IMG/VR virus record: IMGVR_UViG_3300049034_000032
Coordinates: 1 to 40,232 of that record
Length of the DNA: 40,232 bases
Source of the DNA: a virus
Taxonomy: Duplodnaviria > Caudoviricetes
Strand: one strand, 5' to 3'
In this document: piece by piece, positions 35,401 through 40,232 of the stretch
Numbering within the stretch: the first letter of the stretch is position 1
Layout: every line of letters starts with the position of its first letter
The notes under the pieces: model-generated
The model's database searches: none
Told to the model about the DNA's origin: nothing
Seen by the model: the letters and a program-made list of their open reading frames with translations, nothing else
Made by a program: the position numbers and the translations under genes

Positions 35401-36104
35401 CAGGAGGCCTTCGATGTGATCGCGCTCACCCAGGTGCTGGGCTCAGCGTCGAGGTACTGGCCTGGGCCGAGGGTCTTGAACAGGCCCGAGCCGGTGGGCT
35501 GGATGGCGAAACGCGGCGGCGGGCTGGGGCACTCGGTGCGCGAGGCGGTGGAGAGGTCGGCATCGCCGGGGAGGTGGGCCGGTCCGCTGCGCGGCTTGGC
35601 GGCTGCAACCATGACGGCCGGCGCGGCGCGCGCCTCGACCGGGCGCAACGCGGCCTTGGTGGCGCCGGCGCTGAAGGTGCTGACCTTGTCCGGCACGACG
35701 AACCAGCGCCCCTGGCCGCGGCCTCCGGTGCGGCGCAGTGCGCCGCGCTTGGTGAGCATGTAGACGCAAGGGGCGATGCGCTCTTTGCGCAGGTGGGGCA
35801 GCGCGACGATGAGGCCGGTCATGGCCAGGCCGGCGGGGCCGGCTTCGCGCAAGGCCGCGATGACGTGCCGGCTGACGTTGACGCCGGCGGTCCGCTGTGC
35901 GAGGGCGTCGTGGGCGATGTTGCTGCGGACCTGGGGTGTCTTCTTGAGGTCGCGCTGGCCTGCAAACCAGGCGAGTTGGCCCTTGGTGAGGCCGAAATCA
36001 GCGATGAGCCGCTCGTTGCTCTCGTGCGGGTAGCGCTCGGCAAGGTCGGCCTGGCGCTCTGGGGTCAAGTGTTGCTTCATGCGGGTGGGGCGGTCAGTCG
36101 TCAT
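35400..36104 (-). CDS. Hypothetical protein, possibly DNA-binding (HTH-like segments); start uncertain
   Basis: LAERYPHESNERLIADFG...LKKT N-terminal module and a possible central winged helix. Confidence 0.6.
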   Translation of the reverse strand: MTTDRPTRMKQHLTPERQADLAERYPHESNERLIADFGLTKGQLAWFAGQRDLKKTPQVRSNIAHDALAQRTAGVNVSRHVIAALREAGPAGLAMTGLIVALPHLRKERIAPCVYMLTKRGALRRTGGRGQGRWFVVPDKVSTFSAGATKAALRPVEARAAPAVMVAAAKPRSGPAHLPGDADLSTASRTECPSPPPRFAIQPTGSGLFKTLGPGQYLDAEPSTWVSAITSKAS

Positions 36105-36405
36105 CGCGCTCGCCGGCGGCGCGGCTCTTGAGGTCGATGGCAGGGAAGTGGTCGTCGCGGCGGCGGCGTTCGGTTGGGCAAAGGGGGCGCGAGCTCGCCG
36201 CCAGCGTGGCCGGGGCGTGTCGTGCGACGGGTTCGTTAGGCAGCGCCTGGCCGTGCGCCAGGGCGCAGGCGCGGGCACGCACGATGGCCATTTGCTTGGC
36301 CACGCGGTTCATCTCGTCGAGGTCGGGCCAGTCGGGGCGGCGCAGCTGCGCGTAGGCGCGCTGGAGGTGCTCGGCGGTGACGATGGCGGTTTCGTGGGCG
36401 CTCAT
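36094..36405 (-). CDS. Hypothetical protein
   Basis: AGGAG RBS; C-terminal DLKSRAAGERDDD. Confidence 0.65.
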   Translation of the reverse strand: MSAHETAIVTAEHLQRAYAQLRRPDWPDLDEMNRVAKQMAIVRARACALAHGQALPNEPVARHAPATLAASSRPLCPTERRRRDDHFPAIDLKSRAAGERDDD

Positions 36406-36411
36406 GGGCGG

Positions 36412-36660
36412 TCACTCCTGCAGGGCGGCGTCGCTGAGGTGCCGGGCGTCGGGGCCGCAGCCGCCGCCCCATGCGCGCGTGACGGCGACGGGCTGCGGCG
36501 CGCCGGCCCAGTCGGCCAGTGCGGGGTGGGTGCAGATGCGCTCGATACCGGCGTCTGTGCCGTGCGTGCATCGGTGGCAGGCGCGGAGGGCCTTGGGCGC
36601 CTCGGCGGCCTTGAGCCAGGCCAGCGGCATGCGCGCGCGGGCGGTGTGCGGCCCGCTCAC
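36412..36660 (-). CDS. Small Cys-containing hypothetical protein
   Basis: CHRCTH...C.HP...CGPDA; GTGA-coupled. Confidence 0.6.
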   Translation of the reverse strand: MSGPHTARARMPLAWLKAAEAPKALRACHRCTHGTDAGIERICTHPALADWAGAPQPVAVTRAWGGGCGPDARHLSDAALQE

Positions 36661-37244
36661 TTGCACAACTCCGGCGTCTTGGCGCAGTCGGCAGGCTGCC
36701 GCGGCTGGGGCTCTTCGTCGCTGCCGCCGCCACCGCAGGCGGCGAGCACGAGCAGGGCGCCGGAGGCGAGGGCGACCAGCGCGGTGGCGATGGTGCGCGT
36801 GAGCGGGGCGCCTTCCTGGAGGGCGCGGATGCGCGCCATGAGGTCGAGTTGCAGCTGGATGCTGTTGCGCTTGAAGATGGGGCCGATGGCGCCGGCGTCT
36901 TCGTAGCGGCGGCGTTCGTCGGCGACGTTGGCGCTGCGGCGCTGCAGGTGGGCGATGAGGGCGCGGCGGGCCAAGCTGAGCGGGGCGGGGCGGCCTGTGT
37001 CGGCGCCGAGTTCGGTGGCGGCTTCGCCGGGCTGTGGCACCGCACAGGGCGCGGCCTCGGGGCGCACGGCGTAGCTGCCGGCCATGTGCGCGAGGTCGAC
37101 GTCGGCATCAGCCCAGGCGGCGATGTGGCCCGCGGTGGTGGCGTCCAGTTCGGTGTCGGCGTGCGCGTGGATTTCGTCGACCCAGCCGACGGGTGCGCGG
37201 CCATGGATGAACGCGTGCAGGCCGGGGTTGGTAGTGGCGCTCAT
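36657..37244 (-). CDS. Hypothetical protein with a C-terminal lipoprotein-like segment
   Basis: ATGA-coupled; ends ...LLVLAACGGGGS...DCAKTPELCK. Confidence 0.6.
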   Translation of the reverse strand: MSATTNPGLHAFIHGRAPVGWVDEIHAHADTELDATTAGHIAAWADADVDLAHMAGSYAVRPEAAPCAVPQPGEAATELGADTGRPAPLSLARRALIAHLQRRSANVADERRRYEDAGAIGPIFKRNSIQLQLDLMARIRALQEGAPLTRTIATALVALASGALLVLAACGGGGSDEEPQPRQPADCAKTPELCK

Positions 37245-37552
37245 GCGGCGCTCCCGGCCGCGGCGCAGGCTGCGTCGGCAGCGGCGCACATGCGGGCCTC
37301 GGCGATGGCGCGCGCGGCGGGGCCGCAGCGGTAGCCGTCGTCGTCACGCAGGCCCAGCAGGGCGATGAGCTGGATTTCGTAGCTGTCGCCCGCAGCGCCC
37401 AGCAGGCGCTGCAGGGCGTAAGCCATGTCGGCGTGCTGCGCGCTGAGCAGCGCGCTGCCGGTCAAGCCTTCGTTCTCGGCCAGGCCGGCGGCCAGGCGCT
37501 CAAGGACGTAGTCGGCGAGGTGTTCGGCGTGGGTCTTGGGCTTGCTGGGCAT
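37241..37552 (-). CDS. Hypothetical protein, first gene of the leftward early operon
   Basis: GGAGG RBS; directly downstream of the PL-like promoter. Confidence 0.7.
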   Translation of the reverse strand: MPSKPKTHAEHLADYVLERLAAGLAENEGLTGSALLSAQHADMAYALQRLLGAAGDSYEIQLIALLGLRDDDGYRCGPAARAIAEARMCAAADAACAAAGSAA

Positions 37553-37577
37553 GTCGCCTCCGGGTGGGTGCGGGGCA

Positions 37578-37621
37578 ACTGTATGAAAGAAAATCCTTTA
37601 AGACAAGAAAAACTTTCTTTG
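37578..37621 (-). promoter_or_regulatory. PL-like promoter with repressor operators
   Basis: Minus strand TTGTCT-N17-TACAGT; operators GAAAGAAAATCCTTT (37585-37599) and GAAAAACTTTCTTTG (37607-37621). Confidence 0.8.
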
Positions 37622-37629
37622 AGTGAAAG

Positions 37630-37652
37630 AAAAAGCCCGCTTAAAGCGGGCT
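37630..37652 (-). terminator. Intrinsic terminator of the cI operon
   Basis: AGCCCGC-TTAAA-GCGGGCT hairpin followed by a T-run on the minus strand. Confidence 0.8.
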
Positions 37653-37671
37653 CGTGCTGGCGCGAATGGTT

Positions 37672-38181
37672 CTAACGGGCGATTTCGCTGAGCACGATCT
37701 CTTGAGGCGAGCCGTCGCGGACCTTGACCAGTGTTCCTACGACGCCACCTTGGGTAGGGTGGTAGTTGCCGATCTCCCAGGTCACTTCAGATCGGACGTA
37801 GTACTCGCCGGCTGGCAGGTCGACGAACTTGAAACGGCCATCGCCGTCCGCCGTCACGGAGCGGCGCGCTTGCCGAAAGCCAGGCGACCCAGGCATCAGA
37901 TGGCGGAAAGCGAAGATCCTGCCAGCCTTGCGATACCAGTCGTGCCCGATGGTGGTCGCCGGATCAAGGGTGACCGTTCGCCCAGCGGCTTTGACGACGC
38001 CGCCGTTGCGTTGAACGAGAAAGGCTTGTCCAGCAAGCGATGCCGTGCCCTTCGCTGTGTACGCGCTATAGGCGGCTTCGTCATGTTCGCTGGACTGCAT
38101 GAACGACGGATAGGCCTGCTGCCGCGCGCAGCCTGCAACCATGCAGGCAAAGGCCAGCGCGGCCAAGAGACCGGGCCTCAT
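37672..38181 (-). CDS. Lipoprotein with a beta-sandwich (carboxypeptidase-regulatory-like) domain
   Basis: Lipobox MVAG-C; ADGDGRFKFVDLPAGEYYV. Confidence 0.8.
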   Translation of the reverse strand: MRPGLLAALAFACMVAGCARQQAYPSFMQSSEHDEAAYSAYTAKGTASLAGQAFLVQRNGGVVKAAGRTVTLDPATTIGHDWYRKAGRIFAFRHLMPGSPGFRQARRSVTADGDGRFKFVDLPAGEYYVRSEVTWEIGNYHPTQGGVVGTLVKVRDGSPQEIVLSEIAR

Positions 38182-38396
38182 GTCTGCGGCCCCTGCCGCT
38201 GGCGGCGAGGACGGATGCCGGTGCTAACCGGGACAGGTGCAGCCGCAAGGTAGAAAACGCAACGAACCGGGCGGTTGATGACGATTTGCTGAGGCTGCGT
38301 GTCGCTTGGGTCGGGCGTATCGCCCGAATTCGCCTGCAGCTGCGCAATGAAGCGGTTTGCGGCGTCGTTTTCGTTCGTCAAGGTCTGTACCCCCAC
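38178..38396 (-). CDS. Hypothetical protein (72 aa)
   Basis: Stop overlaps the lipoprotein start (ATGA); start uncertain. Confidence 0.5.
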   Translation of the reverse strand: MGVQTLTNENDAANRFIAQLQANSGDTPDPSDTQPQQIVINRPVRCVFYLAAAPVPVSTGIRPRRQRQGPQT

Positions 38397-38415
38397 TGGG
38401 AGCGACCGACTCTAG

Positions 38416-38652
38416 CTAGCTCATCCCTATGATCAAAGTGAAAATTACCCCGATCACCGCGAGACCGATAAGCACCCACCTAAACAAGCGTGTTGTTGCG
38501 TCGTGGCCGCACCACATGCATGCATCGGTATGCGCCCATGTCTGGCGTTTGCACTGGCGACAGATGCGAGCTTGAGCCGCCTCGGGCGTCGCCTTTCCCA
38601 CGCTAAAGATGAACTCGCACTCCAGTGCATCGTTAACTTCGACGGTTCTCAT
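38416..38652 (-). CDS. Zinc-ribbon membrane protein (78 aa)
   Basis: CRQC...CMWCGH followed by a C-terminal TM helix; ATGA-coupled to cI. Confidence 0.7.
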   Translation of the reverse strand: MRTVEVNDALECEFIFSVGKATPEAAQARICRQCKRQTWAHTDACMWCGHDATTRLFRWVLIGLAVIGVIFTLIIGMS

Positions 38653-39212
38653 GAGCGTGCTTTGATCGGGCCGGGCTTCAACGTCTTGAGCTTTGCGATG
38701 TCGCGTTCCAGTTCAAGGTCGACAGCGCGGACGAAGGTCGTGAATTCGTCGTTGCCTCGATGTTGATCCAGCTCGGACGCTACGCGCAATGCGACGGGGC
38801 GCCAATGGACAACCGGCAGTTTGAGGTCCAGATAAGCTGCCATGACGCGCTCCAGCTGTTCGAGCGCCTCAGTTGACATCTCCGCGATCTCGCTTGGGGC
38901 GATTCGCTTGAATGGCCATGCGGGCGATGCCGTGTACTTGGGCCGGTCCTCGTCCGCAGTGTCCGCCACCGAAAGCCTGTATCCCTCGAAGTTCTCATCG
39001 GCCAGAAGGGCTTCAACTGTTGTTCCGAGAGCCTGTGCGACGTAGGGCAGCCGTGTTCGCTTCGGCGCGTATTCGCCTTCCTCCCAGCCGCGGATGGTTG
39101 GGCTGCTGATGGCCTTGTTGTTGCCTTCCAGGCGCTGAATTTCGTCGCCCAGTTGCCGCCTGGACCAGCCTTTGGCCTCACGGAGCGCGCGAATTCTGGT
39201 GTGAATCGTCAT
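38649..39212 (-). CDS. cI: Phage repressor (XRE HTH) without an S24 autoprotease domain
   Basis: RIRALREAKGWSRRQL...TIRGWEEG..P; divergent from cro; helical C-terminus. Confidence 0.85.
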   Translation of the reverse strand: MTIHTRIRALREAKGWSRRQLGDEIQRLEGNNKAISSPTIRGWEEGEYAPKRTRLPYVAQALGTTVEALLADENFEGYRLSVADTADEDRPKYTASPAWPFKRIAPSEIAEMSTEALEQLERVMAAYLDLKLPVVHWRPVALRVASELDQHRGNDEFTTFVRAVDLELERDIAKLKTLKPGPIKARS

Positions 39213-39264
39213 TGGTCGAAGTGCTCTTTTTGCAAGTTTGTCTTGCGCGCCCCGATGCGACAAA

Positions 39265-39304
39265 CAAGGATTTTCTTTCGTTGAAGGAAAATCTTTCGTA
39301 TAGT
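39265..39304 (+). promoter_or_regulatory. PR-like promoter with operators
   Basis: Operators CAAGGATTTTCTTTC (39265-39279; 14-bp exact inverted match to 37585-37598) and GAAGGAAAATCTTTC (39283-39297); -10 TATAGT 7 nt before the cro ATG. Confidence 0.8.
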
Positions 39305-39311
39305 CGGCCGC

Positions 39312-39650
39312 ATGACGACCCAGATAACACCGAACGAGGCTGCCCGGCACGCGATACGGCTGCTGGGCGGGCCGTCGAAGGCCGCGCGCCTTCTCAAGGT
39401 GAAGAACGCGAGCCATCAGACAGTCCAGTCGTGGCTGAAGTACCGCGTTCCGGCCGAGTACTGCCCAGAGATCGAAGCCCAGACACGCGCGCTGGGGCAG
39501 GTGGTGCCGTGTGAGTTGCTCCGGCCGGACGTGCGCTGGAGCGCGTTGCGCGTTCCGGTCACGAAAGGGAAGGGGGGTGTCGACGAATGCATAAATGAAG
39601 TCTCGACGCCCGCTCCTGCCCCGTCCATTTCAACCACAACAGGGAGTTGA
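39312..39650 (+). CDS. cro: Cro/YdaS-like regulator
   Basis: AIRLLGGPSKAARLL...VQSW...VPAEYCPEIE...ELLRPDV. Confidence 0.85.
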   Translation: MTTQITPNEAARHAIRLLGGPSKAARLLKVKNASHQTVQSWLKYRVPAEYCPEIEAQTRALGQVVPCELLRPDVRWSALRVPVTKGKGGVDECINEVSTPAPAPSISTTTGS

Positions 39651-39651
39651 G

Positions 39652-40122
39652 ATGGGGCATGGGATGTCGGTGGCGGACGCCGCCTACAACGTCGTGCACG
39701 ACTACCCGGGCGGCGCGGCCGCGCTGCAGGTGCGCATGGGAAAGACGAACCTCAGCGGCGAGGTGAACCCAAACGTGGCCACGGCCAAGCTGGGCATCGA
39801 GGACGCCGTGACGGTGCAGCTGATGGCCAAGGACTACCGCATCCTGTACGCGATGGCGGCTGAGCTGCGGCACTTCCCGCCGATGCCGATGCCTGAGGGC
39901 ATGGCCGATGCCGATCAGCCGTGCATGCGCACGCTGTCGGAGACGGCAAAGGAGTTCAGCGACGTGGTGTCGACGGCGGCCGAGGCGCTGGCTGATGGCG
40001 ACGTTAGCGACAACGACTTGGCCCACGTCACCAAGGAATGGAGCGAGCTGATCGTCAAGGGCCAGGCCTTGATGCAGCAGCTGGCCGCGATGAATGCGCG
40101 CCTCAAGTCGAGGGCCGCGTGA
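39652..40122 (+). CDS. Phage regulatory protein CII (CP76 / 186-type family)
   Basis: DAAYNVVHDYPGGAAAL..RMG...VNPN; follows cro; GGGAG RBS. Confidence 0.8.
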   Translation: MGHGMSVADAAYNVVHDYPGGAAALQVRMGKTNLSGEVNPNVATAKLGIEDAVTVQLMAKDYRILYAMAAELRHFPPMPMPEGMADADQPCMRTLSETAKEFSDVVSTAAEALADGDVSDNDLAHVTKEWSELIVKGQALMQQLAAMNARLKSRAA

Positions 40123-40232
40123 GATATCAACAGAACAACCGACACCCGATGACCGATCGGGCCCGCCAGCCATCCGCCCCGAACAGGCCATCCAAGGACG
40201 CTGGACACACGGGATTGCATACAGGGCCAGCC

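Larger units (their letters stand above)
1..40232. mobile_element. Temperate lambdoid siphophage genome, excised/attP form, near-complete
   Basis: Replication, packaging, head, tail, lysis, integration and immunity modules are all present. No host housekeeping genes. Intact attP with phage genes on both sides. Confidence 0.95.

Noticed and set aside
40149-40232. Partial ORF at the right end
   Set aside because: Short, no RBS or motif, and runs off the window

Overview
The window is an apparently near-complete ~40 kb temperate lambdoid siphophage genome in its excised (attP) form. It is GC-rich, and the host is probably a betaproteobacterium, inferred from the tmRNA-type att core and a CTGT-N8-ACAG LexA box. 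Gene order: TOPRIM primase-helicase, palindromic iteron origin, TerS/TerL, Mor-like late activator, head genes, tail genes, lysis cassette, attP with a P4-family integrase, a leftward early operon, then cI/cro/cII. The most unusual element lies between the head-tail adaptor gene and the portal (8030-11086). A gene there has a short, putatively virion-anchoring N-terminus fused to an SGNH-esterase/carbohydrate-binding payload. The payload is bracketed by two inverted core-type sites with different 7-bp spacers, and sits beside a divergent pair made of a small regulator and an arm-less lambda-Int-like tyrosine recombinase. This looks like a natural recombinase-mediated cassette-exchange system for swapping a virion-displayed enzyme, which is a hypothesis and untested. 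All product calls come from motif recognition and gene context by eye; no database searches were run.
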